DNA from: a virus
DNA: 64,000 nt
Direction: 5' to 3' (one strand)
IMG/VR virus record: IMGVR_UViG_3300013006_000020
Location: 57,998-121,997 of that record
Positions 9,124 to 20,402 of this stretch are shown here, one piece after another. Both the position numbers and the translations under genes were made by a program. Position 1 is the first letter of the stretch, and each line of letters opens with the position of its first letter. Under the pieces are notes generated by a model. The model ran no database searches. It was given only the letters and a program-made list of their open reading frames with translations, and was not told where the DNA came from.

Positions 9124-9758
9124 ATATAAAGCTCTAGTATTTTTTTAATGGCGTCATTTTTCTCTTCCATGTCCATATCATCATTTTGTATGAAATGAAA
9201 TTTTTTGATATTACTGAAGTCATAATTATCAAGAGCCGTTTCGCTTTCGTGTTGATTATTAAGTGGATTGCGTGTGAACTTTATCACTATTGGTTCGTAA
9301 AATGTTGCGTAATTTATTTCATTTGGGAATCGCGCATCTGAGATCAATGCAAAATCAAGGTTTTCCTCTTTGATTTTCTTAATGGTGGCTTGAACCCAAC
9401 AGTCTTGATAAAATCTTCTAAAGATATTTGTACCAAAAACTTGCATTACGTCTCGTGCAGTCATATGGTCAGTTAATTTAGACATTGGCTTATTTTGCAT
9501 TATCATTGCAATATCACTTCCAGACATTGGTAAATCAGACCACTTGAATTGTGTTAAAGTGTTTTTATCCGAGTTTTCACCCCAGCATTGATTATATTCA
9601 AGACCAAGTATATTAACGCATACTTGTTTAAGAGAATCAGCAAATGGATAGATTTTTGATGAATAGCCATGTTCTTTTAGAAAGCCTCTAACATAAGAAC
9701 AAGCTGTGTCTTTTCCACTCTGCGCCTTGCCAGTCATTATAACAATTTGTGTTTTCAT
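9120..9758 (-). CDS. Deoxynucleoside monophosphate kinase (T4 gp1-like)
   Basis: GKAQSGKDT, FADSLK, R..MQ.FGT, ISDARFPNE, HESE. Confidence 0.9.
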   Translation of the reverse strand: MKTQIVIMTGKAQSGKDTACSYVRGFLKEHGYSSKIYPFADSLKQVCVNILGLEYNQCWGENSDKNTLTQFKWSDLPMSGSDIAMIMQNKPMSKLTDHMTARDVMQVFGTNIFRRFYQDCWVQATIKKIKEENLDFALISDARFPNEINYATFYEPIVIKFTRNPLNNQHESETALDNYDFSNIKKFHFIQNDDMDMEEKNDAIKKILELYI

Positions 9759-10792
9759 TTAGTGAGTACCTGTATTTGTGGAAGTACCTGAGACTCAAAA
9801 TCCTCTCTCGAGAGCATATCTGGATCTTTATTGTCGGTAAGTATTTTAGATATTGAAAATCTAGAATTAAACAAAGACTTTATTCTTGACGCAGCTTTTA
9901 TTCCCGCTTCGTCAGAATCCATCATAAGACCTAATTTATTTGCTCCTACAGACTGTAATAGATCAGCCTGTCGATTAGATAATGAAGAACCCATTACGGC
10001 AACAACGTTTCTGACGCCGTACATATGCATTCTCCAACAGTCAAATGGACCCTCAACTATTACAGCAAATCCGGTTTTTTTAATTTCGCTTGCGGCATTA
10101 TGGATGTTATATATCTCAATTGATTTATTGAATCCTTTGGGATAGTTACGCCACTTTCCATAAAGTTTTCTGTAAGTCTCATCTATGGTATACTTTTCAG
10201 GAAAATACCATCCAAGGTTATTTTTTTCAAAGATTGATCTGCCCGTGATGCCAACAAGATTTCCATTAATATTTCTGATTGGAATCATTAATCTGTGGTG
10301 GTAGGTTTTGCCGTTAGTGGAAACACCAGCCTCAAAAAACTTGCATAATTCTGGAGAAAAACCTCTAGACTTTATGAAATTATGGTTTTGGTCTAGCTTT
10401 GATAGCCTTGCGTCTGAGATTATTTTGTTATCAGCAAGCTCTTGTCTATTTCTAGCAACAATAGCATCTGCGAAATCATCTGACTCAATCACTGACTGTA
10501 TCCAATCAATAGCATCAGAAAAGCTTATTTTCTTTAAACCTCGCACAAGACCAATTATGTCATTTCCATATTTATGGTGGCACCCATGCGTAAAGCAAGA
10601 CCAGCAACATTTTCCAAAATGATAGCTAAATGCTGTCTGGTTATCACCACCGTGAACAGGGCATTCTTGTTGAACAGCAGTGCTTCCATTAAATTCAAAA
10701 CCAAGAGCCTGCAAGATCTTGTAATCGTTCTCGCAGGCAATCTTTTTGAAGATTTTTAATTCTTCAGAATTCAATGTCGTCTTCGTCGTCAT
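9755..10792 (-). CDS. dnaG: DNA primase
   Basis: CPVH...CFTHGC zinc finger, R.MIPI...GITGR, TOPRIM VEGPFD and DSDEAG, KDPD. Confidence 0.9.
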   Translation of the reverse strand: MTTKTTLNSEELKIFKKIACENDYKILQALGFEFNGSTAVQQECPVHGGDNQTAFSYHFGKCCWSCFTHGCHHKYGNDIIGLVRGLKKISFSDAIDWIQSVIESDDFADAIVARNRQELADNKIISDARLSKLDQNHNFIKSRGFSPELCKFFEAGVSTNGKTYHHRLMIPIRNINGNLVGITGRSIFEKNNLGWYFPEKYTIDETYRKLYGKWRNYPKGFNKSIEIYNIHNAASEIKKTGFAVIVEGPFDCWRMHMYGVRNVVAVMGSSLSNRQADLLQSVGANKLGLMMDSDEAGIKAASRIKSLFNSRFSISKILTDNKDPDMLSREDFESQVLPQIQVLTK

Positions 10793-12203
10793 CTTGGTTT
10801 ATGTTGTTACCTGATTCTAGTATTTCAAAATTAAATTTGCCCTCAACCATTTCGGATCTCTCAAGATTTGAAACAATATTGATGTACTCCGAGGATGCAT
10901 CCATTCCGCCACCATATCTAGTATCTATTACAATTAGCTTTCTATCGCCATTTGCCTTGCTGTCTCCAGCAGCCACATCTTCGTCTGTCTTTTTCTTTAT
11001 ATAAGCAAGGCTAGAGCAAAGCCATAGGATTCTGTCGCTGCCAGAAACCACGCTGCTATCTTCCTTGCTAATTCCATCACGATTGAGCTGAACCGTGGCA
11101 AGTACTGGAACGTCATTCTTTACCGCAAAATTGTGAAGCTTAGTGATAAAATCACCAAGATATTGATATTCCTGGAAATCTCCTACATCAGCAAGATCCA
11201 TCGTTTTAAGATAGTCAAGCATAATCAGGCAGTCTTTTGTGTTTCCACCCTCATCGCGCCCAACAACAGAAGATATCCAACGACGAGCTATCGACATTAT
11301 TTCTTCTGGTTTTTTACCAGCAATACTAATGTGATAAAACGGCATGGTTTTGATTGCAGAAAGAGCTTGATCAATAGAAAACTTAAGATTTTCTTTTTGA
11401 GAGAACTGTCCAGTTTCAATCGATTGTTGATCAACACCAGAATGTAAAGAAACCCACTTAACTGATTGAGTTTCTTTTTTCATCTCTGTATCTAGATACA
11501 AAACTGGAATGCCCTGCTTTGCCATGTTAGCCGCAACATTTAGGCAGAATGTGCTTTTACCAACTTTGGGTCTAGCACCAACTACGTTTACTGTGCCACG
11601 ACGATATCCACCGCCAATGGTTTGATCGTAGCGTGGATATCCTGTAGGAATGCCAGCAGATTTTACAGGATTCTCTGCTAAATATTTAATGTGACCTTCT
11701 GCAAACTGACCAATCTGCACAAGATCATTTTCACTAGTTACCTCTGGAATAAACTCAAAGACAGAAGATTCAACTGTTGATGCCACATCGACAATGCTTT
11801 CTGATCCACTCAAATCACCAATGGACTTGATTCCAGACTCAAGTTTCTTCTTCAAAGAACGGCATAGACTCCAAAACTTTACCTGTCTTGCAAAGTGTTG
11901 ATAATCTACTCTTTCAGAGTCTATTGCTTGAATAGCGGCTATAGACTGTGATTCTTTTGCAGAAACCTGGCCAGTCTTTGATATTTCAGATATCAGCAGT
12001 TGAGGGCTAATCTTTGATGAATTTCCAGCCTCAGCTAGCGTGGCAATGGCAAAGAAGCATTTACCAAGAAGTGGATCACCAAAGTCAGAGTCTACTATCG
12101 TAATATCACTAGAGTAAATAATATCAGCGCCACTGTTCATGGCGCATGATATCAAGCTTTCTTCGCAAACGGATTGATTATATGACTTTACTTTGCTCTG
12201 CAT
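10764..12203 (-). CDS. dnaB: Replicative DnaB-like helicase
   Basis: GIPTGY, GARPKVGKS, LDTEM, LDYL, QLNR. Confidence 0.9.
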   Translation of the reverse strand: MQSKVKSYNQSVCEESLISCAMNSGADIIYSSDITIVDSDFGDPLLGKCFFAIATLAEAGNSSKISPQLLISEISKTGQVSAKESQSIAAIQAIDSERVDYQHFARQVKFWSLCRSLKKKLESGIKSIGDLSGSESIVDVASTVESSVFEFIPEVTSENDLVQIGQFAEGHIKYLAENPVKSAGIPTGYPRYDQTIGGGYRRGTVNVVGARPKVGKSTFCLNVAANMAKQGIPVLYLDTEMKKETQSVKWVSLHSGVDQQSIETGQFSQKENLKFSIDQALSAIKTMPFYHISIAGKKPEEIMSIARRWISSVVGRDEGGNTKDCLIMLDYLKTMDLADVGDFQEYQYLGDFITKLHNFAVKNDVPVLATVQLNRDGISKEDSSVVSGSDRILWLCSSLAYIKKKTDEDVAAGDSKANGDRKLIVIDTRYGGGMDASSEYINIVSNLERSEMVEGKFNFEILESGNNINQDDDEDDIEF

Positions 12204-12691
12204 TTATTGCACTTTATCTTGATGGAACTATCAGATTGTAGCATCCCAGCAGGGTACTCTTTGTTAAAATCAAATGTGGTTGAGCAAACCTCGCACTTTC
12301 TCATATTGGCCTTATAAGCATCTCTGTATTGCTTTTTACGGTTACTTAACTTTTTGACTTCTTCATTGTAATTTGGAAGCGCATCTTCAGGCAGCTCAAA
12401 CTCTTTACTAGATATGAATCGTTGATCCCCAGAGTCTTCTGTGTCTTGATCTTCTTTAATATCATCTGCTACATATTCGTAATTAGAATCATCAACTAGA
12501 TCATTCAGTATAATTTTTCGAATTGCTTCTAGCTTTTCGCTATCTAATGAGTTTGCTGGTTGAGCAATAACTATTGGTGCTGTTTCACCAAATATAGTTG
12601 AATAAAACTCTCGTACCGCCTCCATGTTATTTGTCATGATGGCCTTTTGAAGAAAACCTTTAAGATCTTTCATTTGTTCCTCTCTTTTCAA
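12188..12691 (-). CDS. Hypothetical protein with C-terminal Zn ribbon
   Basis: CEVC...CNKC. Confidence 0.5.
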   Translation of the reverse strand: MKREEQMKDLKGFLQKAIMTNNMEAVREFYSTIFGETAPIVIAQPANSLDSEKLEAIRKIILNDLVDDSNYEYVADDIKEDQDTEDSGDQRFISSKEFELPEDALPNYNEEVKKLSNRKKQYRDAYKANMRKCEVCSTTFDFNKEYPAGMLQSDSSIKIKCNKCRAK

Positions 12692-13142
12692 AACAAAGAT
12701 TTTTTATTGAAGAAGCCATAAACTCAATCTTCTTGTCTATGTCTTCTATTGTTCGTAACTGAACTTCGCAAAGCGTTTTTATTGATTCGAGTTCCTTTGC
12801 AATAGAATCATTTCGCTTAATTATAAGTGACTTTTCTGCAAGTCCATAACCGTTTGTATTTGGAAGCTCACGACCAACAATTGAATTAATATTGGCGTCG
12901 CACCAAGAAATATTAGCTCTGAGTCTATTCGCCTCAGTCTTTATATAAAGCCCATACTGCGAAAGTCTGATACAGTCAATGGCGAGATCTTCTCGATTGG
13001 CAGACTTTAAATAATCACGAGTCATCCCAAGAAGTCTGTCAACTTCTGGTGGAACCATGACTGCCGCAAACTTAAATCTATCGCGGAATTCAGCCATCTT
13101 CTTTTGTATTTCAGATCGGTCCATTAGATTTGTGGATTCCAA
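12660..13142 (-). CDS. Helical protein, possible UvsY-like recombination mediator
   Basis: All-helical pattern and position between RecA and helicase; context-based call. Confidence 0.35.
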   Translation of the reverse strand: MESTNLMDRSEIQKKMAEFRDRFKFAAVMVPPEVDRLLGMTRDYLKSANREDLAIDCIRLSQYGLYIKTEANRLRANISWCDANINSIVGRELPNTNGYGLAEKSLIIKRNDSIAKELESIKTLCEVQLRTIEDIDKKIEFMASSIKNLCFEKRGTNERS

Positions 13143-13530
13143 AATGCACCTCTGCTTCCTTTAAAGAGTGTAGCGTTACAAGACGAATGTTATTTAATTC
13201 GCAAAACAATTCCTTAAGAGCATCTCTATGTTTCTGCCCCTCAAAGTCAGCAACTGTTTCATGAAAAAATGGATTCATTTCTGTATGCTGTTCACCTTGT
13301 ATTTCAAAGGCAATTTTTCGTTGAGGCAAATAAAAGTCAAGTGAGAGCCTTGTATCTGGTATTGTTACATCCTCTAGAATTGGATCTAAAGGATATTTGG
13401 ATAATATCATTTGCCCAATAGCATACTGTATTTTTGATCGACAAGCCGCACGGCTTTTCATCGGCCAAACACCTTTGCGAAGATCCCATACTATCTTCTT
13501 ATCAGGACTATTTACTGAAATCACTTGCAT
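13111..13530 (-). CDS. DUF559/Vsr-like PD-(D/E)XK endonuclease
   Basis: LDFYLP...AFEIQGEQH...RD..K...C..NNI.L. Confidence 0.75.
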   Translation of the reverse strand: MQVISVNSPDKKIVWDLRKGVWPMKSRAACRSKIQYAIGQMILSKYPLDPILEDVTIPDTRLSLDFYLPQRKIAFEIQGEQHTEMNPFFHETVADFEGQKHRDALKELFCELNNIRLVTLHSLKEAEVHFGIHKSNGPI

Positions 13531-14501
13531 GGCATTGCCATCGTTTCTACTTGTGAAAGCAATGAGGTGTAAAGCTTTTCATCCTTCTTCAGCAGCTCTA
13601 CGACAGCGAGTTGTCCTTGAATCTTTTCTTTTGCACCACCAACGCTATACCAGGCACCAGCCTTTTGAATCAGGCCAAGCTCACAGCAAATGTTAAAGAG
13701 ATCCATGTGCTCATCTACACCACGACCATAAATAATTGGCACGGTAACTTCCGATCCTGGGGCACCTAGCGCTGAAGCAATTACGTCAAAGTGCGCATTT
13801 TGACCAATTGTCTTGTTTGCTGAGTCATTAATATCCTGCTTCCAAGCCGCCTCTAGCCAAACCGATGCGCCATATTGTGCAGCATTACCACCTACCGTTG
13901 CGCTCTTCTTTCCGGGTCCTGGATTTGGATTGGCAATCATGTGAGTAAGCGCTATGAACGTACTATGGGTAACAGGAAGTATTTGGCTAACTCTGCGGAA
14001 TATTTTGTACATAAGCGTTGCAGTTCCAGCCATCTTAACAGAGTCACCAATATTAGAAGACAGCTCGCCCTCTGGGCACAACGCAGCAATTGAGTCAAGT
14101 ATGCAAATGGAATGTTCATTGTCTTTAAGGGTTTGAAAAATTAGATTAAGATAATCTTCAGCACTCAAGATTTTGCTTGAGTTTGATCTGACTATACTTA
14201 AATTTTCTTTATTGATATCTGGAAAACACGAAAGAAGCTCTGTGCGCAGGCGACCCTCTACATCAAAGAAGAAAGCCTTTTTAGATGGGTCTTTCCGGTG
14301 ACATTGCTGTACATAATGAAGAGCAAGGGTGGTTTTACCGACCTTTGGCTTTCCACTCAGCAAAACGCTAGTACCCTCTGGAATACCACCAGAAAGCGCG
14401 ATATCTAGAGATATTGTAGTTCTAAATACGCGGCCCTCTTCTTCGCGTAGTAGTTCTGATGGAATAAGAAAATCTTCAACTGCAAGTGGTTTTGTTGTCA
14501 T
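13521..14501 (-). CDS. recA: RecA/UvsX-like recombinase
   Basis: SLDIAL.GGIP.G, GKPKVGKTT, FDVE, LDSIAAL, GGNA, GAWY. Confidence 0.9.
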   Translation of the reverse strand: MTTKPLAVEDFLIPSELLREEEGRVFRTTISLDIALSGGIPEGTSVLLSGKPKVGKTTLALHYVQQCHRKDPSKKAFFFDVEGRLRTELLSCFPDINKENLSIVRSNSSKILSAEDYLNLIFQTLKDNEHSICILDSIAALCPEGELSSNIGDSVKMAGTATLMYKIFRRVSQILPVTHSTFIALTHMIANPNPGPGKKSATVGGNAAQYGASVWLEAAWKQDINDSANKTIGQNAHFDVIASALGAPGSEVTVPIIYGRGVDEHMDLFNICCELGLIQKAGAWYSVGGAKEKIQGQLAVVELLKKDEKLYTSLLSQVETMAMPCK

Positions 14502-16268
14502 ATAAGTCCTTTACGTAGTTTAGGCAGTCTTCGCGTATCTTCAACGACTATGTTAGAATCATCAAAGGTGTTTTTCTTCTTTTCTAGTTTGGCTTTTTCA
14601 AACTCAACTTGTTCGTTAAAAAGATTAAACACCATTGCTTTTTGCTTGTCCGATGTTAGGAATCTAATTGTGATAATGCCTCTTGTTTTGATGTATTTAA
14701 TTAACACCGAAGCACTGAAAACATGAAGTAGATTTTTTACATAGCTAAGCTCAAGGCGAAACTTCTCTGCAAGAGTTTTAAGTTCTGGAGTAGTTTGTGC
14801 GTTCTTTCTCCAAAAAGGAGAAATTGGCTTTGACGCCAATATTCCTTTCTTGATCTTCCATTCTATGTCGTTTAGTATAATCAGTTCTGTTATATAGGCT
14901 GATGTTTTAATTTTCAAGCCTGAGACGAAATTGCTATCGTGTTCTTGTTCTTGCATCTTATTAGTGAGAATCCGCAGTCTTCTGGTCTGCGCTCCTCAAA
15001 CATCATAGCTTCGAGCAAATGATTATACCAGGTGATTTTAACGACATCACCTTCTAAATAGCCAGCTCCAATAAACTCTTGTGAGCCACCATCACCAAAT
15101 GTTATAGATGCTCGTTTGCCAAAAAAGTAGCCGTCTTTATTTGTTCCGATAGAAACTGATGTGATGTGTTCTTGTGGAAAATTTTTCTTTACCCAAAGCG
15201 CCATTGATGTGATTTCTTCGGAGCCAGAATTAACAGCATCTGTTAACTTAAACCACTCAGCTCCATCTTCGTTGATCTTGTCAAACCATGTTTTTTCTGA
15301 CTGAAGATTTACAGACCAAAAAACATTTAAATTTGGATCTATGCTTTGATTCATATTATCGACCGTTCATACTATCAAATTTTTCGGAGGCGGACTTAGT
15401 ATGAACATAAGCACCTCTTTCTTCTGCGGCGGAACCTGTTTTAAAAATAGAAGACTTGGGTTCTGCAAGCTTTACTGCTTCGGTATCGATTAGATCTTGA
15501 TCACTAGTTTGTTTAGCGATCAACTCTAAAACTTCTTCCATTTGCTCTTTAGTAAGCCTTGTTTCCTCAGCATCATCAAATATTGTATTGATGGTTTTTT
15601 TACACTGTGTAAGGATTGATTTTAATATTGTTTTTTTCATCGCTTCACCGCCAACTCGACTCTCTTTAGTAGCAATGGATTTTTTGTTCGAAGATACTCA
15701 GAATATGCATCAAAGGCTTCTTTTGAGCATTCTGTTAGCTTAAATTCTGATTCCGATCTACCTGGCAGTTTTTTATAAAAGTCATCAATTATTGGATTGA
15801 AAACTTTTCGTTGCGCACTGCTTTGCAGCACATAATATTTTGTTCCAGATTCTGAAATCTGCATTTTTGCACAAGCTTTATTCTCATCGGATGAATTGCC
15901 GTATTCATTTACATACTCGCTTGAGTATTTTTTTTCACCACTAATTTCATCTATTGATTTTATAAATTTCATTTTTGTTTTACAAAAGCTGTTAGCTTTA
16001 TATCTCCAGATATTTGATCTGTCATGAAGTCAACTATTTCGGTATTGAAACGAGAATCTTCAATTGGTGTGCAGGACAAAACACCTTCTATCTCAAATGG
16101 GCCTGATCCAATATATCCACTTTCAAACCACTTGGCTTCAACAGTTTGCCTTGGCATTTTTTCACCAATGGATCGCGACCAAATATTAACCATTCGTTTT
16201 CCAGTATCATTACAGATAAATGTGTAACACGAAAGCTCATCATCGATTTTTTTTATTTCAACACTCAT
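14498..16268 (-). other. Five tightly packed hypothetical ORFs (14498..14956, 14914..15354, 15356..15640, 15637..15972, 15969..16268)
   Basis: Co-oriented, overlapping start/stop codons; no motifs recognised. Confidence 0.6.
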
Positions 16269-16615
16269 GGCATTTTCCCTTCCATAATATAGGCAGTTTT
16301 TTGTGTTGGTGTCATTTGAGAAATTGACTTTGCTTTATTTTTAGCTTCCCGTTTCTTTTTTCTGTTTGACTCCCAATCAAGGGCACTCTTTGGAAGCTCT
16401 CCTCTTTTTACTGCATCTTCAGTATTTTTATTTGCTAGATCACCAATTGTTTTTGGTTGAGATGAGTCAACCACGGCATTGATACCAGAAAAATCACGAG
16501 CCAAACATTCATTGCAACCACAGGATGGGCATTGAATTGGTTTTTCGTCTGACATCTTAAGCCAGATTTCAAAGTGATGTTGGCAGCTTTGGCAATCGAA
16601 TGGGTATATAGGCAT
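16265..16615 (-). CDS. FmdB-family zinc-ribbon protein
   Basis: MPIYPFDCQSCQHHFE...CPSCG. Confidence 0.8.
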   Translation of the reverse strand: MPIYPFDCQSCQHHFEIWLKMSDEKPIQCPSCGCNECLARDFSGINAVVDSSQPKTIGDLANKNTEDAVKRGELPKSALDWESNRKKKREAKNKAKSISQMTPTQKTAYIMEGKMP

Positions 16616-16986
16616 TACTTGCCCTTAACGTATTTTTTAAACTTGGGAATAACTTTAAAATCCCAATCTATTATAGCCTCGTAAATGTCCCCATTACGTG
16701 TAAGTTTTCCAGCTTTTACAAATTCTTCGCATAGCATTATGCTGTAAAGTTCTTCTACAAGCTGAGAATCTTTTGGCTTTAAAAAAGCAAGATTAATTGG
16801 AAAATCAACCTCTCCACTTAAGTACTTGTGTACAACTATTGTTTTTTTACAAATATCTTTTTTGTTTCTATCATCTAATTTTTTATCAAACACTTCGCAG
16901 GAAAGCTCCTCTGAAGACAATATTTGTGAGTATATTGAAAGGAGTGAGCCACGATTTTCATTTATATATTTCTCTGCGCTCATCAA
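16615..16986 (-). CDS. Hypothetical protein
   Basis: ORF directly preceded by GTGTATTTAT motif (16989..16998). Confidence 0.5.
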   Translation of the reverse strand: MMSAEKYINENRGSLLSIYSQILSSEELSCEVFDKKLDDRNKKDICKKTIVVHKYLSGEVDFPINLAFLKPKDSQLVEELYSIMLCEEFVKAGKLTRNGDIYEAIIDWDFKVIPKFKKYVKGK

Positions 16987-16997
16987 TCATAAATACA

Positions 16998-17426
16998 CTA
17001 GACCCCAGTGTGCCCGAACCCACCAGTGCCACGCTCTGTTGTTGATAACTCTCGAGCCTCAACAAACTCAGGTTTAATCACTTTTGCAAAAACCATTTGC
17101 GCAATCCTATCACCAATATGTACCTCAAAAGTCTTTTCACCGAAGTTAGCAAGTATTACACCGACATCTCCACGATAATCTGAATCAATTGTTCCAGGTG
17201 CATTGAGAACAAAGATTCCATTTTTAATTGCCAAACCACTTCTAGAGCGTATTTGTCCCTCAATGTTTGGCGGCATCTCAAGTGATAAATTTGTTTTTAC
17301 AAGAGCGATTTTTCCAGGTTCGATGGTCACCGCAGCTGCTGAGCACAAATCAACACCAGCAGATCCAGCCGTGGCATATGAAGGAATTTTTGCATTTTCA
17401 GAAAACGTTTTTATTTTAATAATCAT
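16998..17426 (-). CDS. dut: Trimeric dUTPase
   Basis: AGVDL, RSGLA, GTIDSDYRG, RIAQ, RGTGGFGHTG. Confidence 0.97.
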   Translation of the reverse strand: MIIKIKTFSENAKIPSYATAGSAGVDLCSAAAVTIEPGKIALVKTNLSLEMPPNIEGQIRSRSGLAIKNGIFVLNAPGTIDSDYRGDVGVILANFGEKTFEVHIGDRIAQMVFAKVIKPEFVEARELSTTERGTGGFGHTGV

Positions 17427-19339
17427 GTGATATCAACCAGTTCGCATTTATCGCCACTACACGCAAATGTTTGTGTGCCGATAGTGGAATCAGTCTTTTC
17501 GTAAGAAGTTAATTTTGACCAATCAAAATCTATTGGCATAGAAACAAGCACTTTCTCGTATTCTTCCTTAGAGCAGTCCTGATATGGTGCCTGTCTATAA
17601 GAATGGTCTGAGTGTGGTAAGAAGGAAATTCCACTGATCTCGTCAAAGTGGTTATATACCCAAGCACCAACTTCCATCCATTCGTGTTCTTTGACTGTTA
17701 CAGTAATAGACGGCTTATGTTCACACCAGTTTCTTTGATACATTAGCCAAGCATCAAGATGCTGTATTGCAGTGAATGAATTTCTAGTTCTCGAGCCTTC
17801 CGCTTTCATGGGGAATGAGAAAACCATTGTTGTGTCTGGCTTCATTACACATGCCTCGTAGGGAAAGCCATTGTCAATCATTAGCTTACACAATGGATCC
17901 TTCTTATCAGCCCGAACAGTTCTGATATAGTAGTTATTATGGCGTGGATGAATGCCAGAGGCAGCATCAACAAGTTGAGAAACAGTACCGCTTGGTTTTA
18001 CACAAGTGATTGCTGCTGCTGCATTTATGCCGACTTCCTTTGCAAATTTTTTATTTGTATCAATAGCAACTTGCTTTACTCTTTTTAGCATATCTTCGGT
18101 TTCAGGACATACAGTACCCATCATTTGATTGTCCATTATTCCTGTAAGTGAAACGCCGAGTAGAGCCTCTTCATCACAATTGTTCTTCCATTCTGATGAA
18201 AGATATGGGAAATATGTTAGTGAGGCCTGAAATGTTCCAAGGATGGTGGCCAATCTCGTCTTTCTAGAAAGGGATTCCTCTGTGTCGTCGTGACGAACAA
18301 TAACCTCTGTTAGATTGCAGAACTCACGATCTCTTAGGATAATTTCAGAACATGGGTTGGTTCCGAACTCATAGGATGCGTCTCTTCGATCTCCTAGTTT
18401 TTCAACAGTCTTTTTGCATGCCTCACGATTGAAGATACCGCGTTCGCCACTTTTGCTCTTGTAAAGCGAAACCCATTCTTCCATAAAGATACCAATGTCT
18501 GGTCTTTCCTTGTAGGCAACGGAGTTATTTGCAAGACCGCGTTGTGGATTTTCATTCCACCAAGCCCCAGACTTTGCGTCTCGCATTCTTTCATCAGTAA
18601 GATTGCTGAGCGATATAAGTGCAGATCTTCGCACACCTCCAACCACGACAACTTCTGCAATCTTACAGACCACATCGTGGCACTCGATTGAAGTGAGTTT
18701 TCTTCCTGCAGCCTTCTTAAAAGTATCAATAGTGAATCTAAAGAGATCTTCCAGTGGCCCCGGACCAGATGCACGTCCACCAAATGTCTTGAGTCTTGCG
18801 CCAGAAGCACGAACTTTTGACACGTCCCATTTTGGAATTTGGCCTCCAATAAGTAGGGATACCAGTTCTCTGTATGCCTTAGCCCAGCCAGCCTTGCTAT
18901 CTTGAACGACAATAGTAGTCTCGCTGTTTGTAAACTCTTCAGCGATAGTTGGGAGCTTTTCGACGTATTGTCGCTCAACAGAAAATCCAACTCCCGTGCC
19001 GCACAGGAGAATGTATAAGATTTCGTCAAACGCCCTGACTCGGCTGACCGTGACATATGAACAATTATACCCCGCAACATTATCTCGCTTCAAGGCTTCA
19101 CCGGCGGTCATCAGCGCCCGCATGCTTGGCATAATTTCAAGATTAAGTACAGCTGTTTTAAGCTCTGTAACCAAATCTTTGTTAATATTATAAGATTGAT
19201 TTGTCTTTAGATGATTAACAAAAAAATCAAAGTATCTGTCAACAGTTTCAATCCACGTTTCACGACGGCCAAGCTCATCGCGAAATCTTGAGTATCTTGA
19301 TAAATGAATAAACTGTTGGTACTGTGTTGGTAGACTCAT
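17423..19339 (-). CDS. nrdJ: Class II (B12-dependent) ribonucleotide reductase
   Basis: RRETW, YNCS, GTGVGFS, GGVRRSA, TNPCSEI, KPSGTVS, C-terminal CSGDKC. Confidence 0.93.
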   Translation of the reverse strand: MSLPTQYQQFIHLSRYSRFRDELGRRETWIETVDRYFDFFVNHLKTNQSYNINKDLVTELKTAVLNLEIMPSMRALMTAGEALKRDNVAGYNCSYVTVSRVRAFDEILYILLCGTGVGFSVERQYVEKLPTIAEEFTNSETTIVVQDSKAGWAKAYRELVSLLIGGQIPKWDVSKVRASGARLKTFGGRASGPGPLEDLFRFTIDTFKKAAGRKLTSIECHDVVCKIAEVVVVGGVRRSALISLSNLTDERMRDAKSGAWWNENPQRGLANNSVAYKERPDIGIFMEEWVSLYKSKSGERGIFNREACKKTVEKLGDRRDASYEFGTNPCSEIILRDREFCNLTEVIVRHDDTEESLSRKTRLATILGTFQASLTYFPYLSSEWKNNCDEEALLGVSLTGIMDNQMMGTVCPETEDMLKRVKQVAIDTNKKFAKEVGINAAAAITCVKPSGTVSQLVDAASGIHPRHNNYYIRTVRADKKDPLCKLMIDNGFPYEACVMKPDTTMVFSFPMKAEGSRTRNSFTAIQHLDAWLMYQRNWCEHKPSITVTVKEHEWMEVGAWVYNHFDEISGISFLPHSDHSYRQAPYQDCSKEEYEKVLVSMPIDFDWSKLTSYEKTDSTIGTQTFACSGDKCELVDIT

Positions 19340-19390
19340 GTTAGTAGTTATTATAGGATTATTAGTTTCGCATACACCTTGATCGTGGAT

Positions 19391-20368
19391 TCAAATTGCA
19401 TATTCTGCTGCGATTTTTTGCGCGTAAATATCCACACCGTACTTCTTGTAGAGATCGAAATTCTTCATGCCAATACTTTGTCGATCTTGTGCCGAAATAG
19501 ACGCCATCTTTTTTGTGCGATCTAGTAGATCTTCAAAGTCCTTGCACAACCATTCTTCACTCTCAAAAAGTTCTGGTATGGCAGAGTCTGCATAAGAAAG
19601 AACTGGCTTGCCGTGAGAAAAAGCCTCTAGTATAGAGAAACAGAATGCCTCATTTGAGGATGGGTAGTGGTATACATCACAAGAGTTGAGGATATTAAGC
19701 TTTTGCTCTTCATTGATGTTTGCCATAACCATTGCATTTTGTGCGTTAGTATGATTTAAATATGCTGCAACGCCATCAAAATATGCACGATCTAGTATTT
19801 CGCCGCCAATAATAAACTGATTCTCTGGCATTCGTGCGGCGCAATAAATAGTATCGTGAATCATTTTTGAAGGACAGAAACTTGAGACACGACCAAAAAC
19901 TGGAACTTCTGATTGTTCTTTAATTGTCTCTGAGGAATTAATTCCATACTTAACAATTTCCCCATTAGTAACCCATGGGCTAAGAGACTTTTGATATTCT
20001 GAGCTAAAGAAAACTTTATTGAATTGTGTGTGATCAAAACCGACTTGTTGCCCACAAAGTATACTAGCAAAGCGCTTGCACTTTGGAAGGTTACTAAAGA
20101 AGGATGGATTTTGTGAGCCTGGAAGGAACACATGAATTACATCTGGATTGAACTTATGAATATAATCCACACAAGAGTTATCATAATCAAAACCCTTATC
20201 TAGGTATAGTCGAGTTTCCCCTAGTTTAGAGAACTTTTCCCTATAAGGGCCATCAATACAACCAATAAATGTCATTTCATTGTTTGCAGACAATTGTTTT
20301 GCTAGGTTAAAAGAGGCTAAAGATGAGCCTCCCGAGTTAAAGAAGTTGTTGACGAAAGCTATTCGCAT
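19391..20368 (-). CDS. GT-B (GT4-like) glycosyltransferase
   Basis: MRIAFV...GG, PSSNEAFCFSILEAFSHGKPV; start refined to ATG 20368. Confidence 0.85.
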   Translation of the reverse strand: MRIAFVNNFFNSGGSSLASFNLAKQLSANNEMTFIGCIDGPYREKFSKLGETRLYLDKGFDYDNSCVDYIHKFNPDVIHVFLPGSQNPSFFSNLPKCKRFASILCGQQVGFDHTQFNKVFFSSEYQKSLSPWVTNGEIVKYGINSSETIKEQSEVPVFGRVSSFCPSKMIHDTIYCAARMPENQFIIGGEILDRAYFDGVAAYLNHTNAQNAMVMANINEEQKLNILNSCDVYHYPSSNEAFCFSILEAFSHGKPVLSYADSAIPELFESEEWLCKDFEDLLDRTKKMASISAQDRQSIGMKNFDLYKKYGVDIYAQKIAAEYAI

Positions 20369-20380
20369 ATTAGAGTATAG

Positions 20381-20391
20381 GTGTATAAATA
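20381..20391 (+). promoter_or_regulatory. Putative late promoter GTGTATAAATA
   Basis: Heads the plus-strand cluster; contains T4-late-like TATAAATA; ATG at 20403. Confidence 0.65.
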
Positions 20392-20402
20392 AAAGTACAG
20401 CT

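Noticed and set aside
5793-19339. Inteins or introns in DnaE, DnaB, RecA or NrdJ
   Set aside because: No insertions, C/S...HN splice motifs or interrupted frames seen.
19368-19377. GTGTAT site upstream of nrdJ as a late promoter
   Set aside because: Followed by GCGA rather than an AT-rich tract and farther from the start; not counted.
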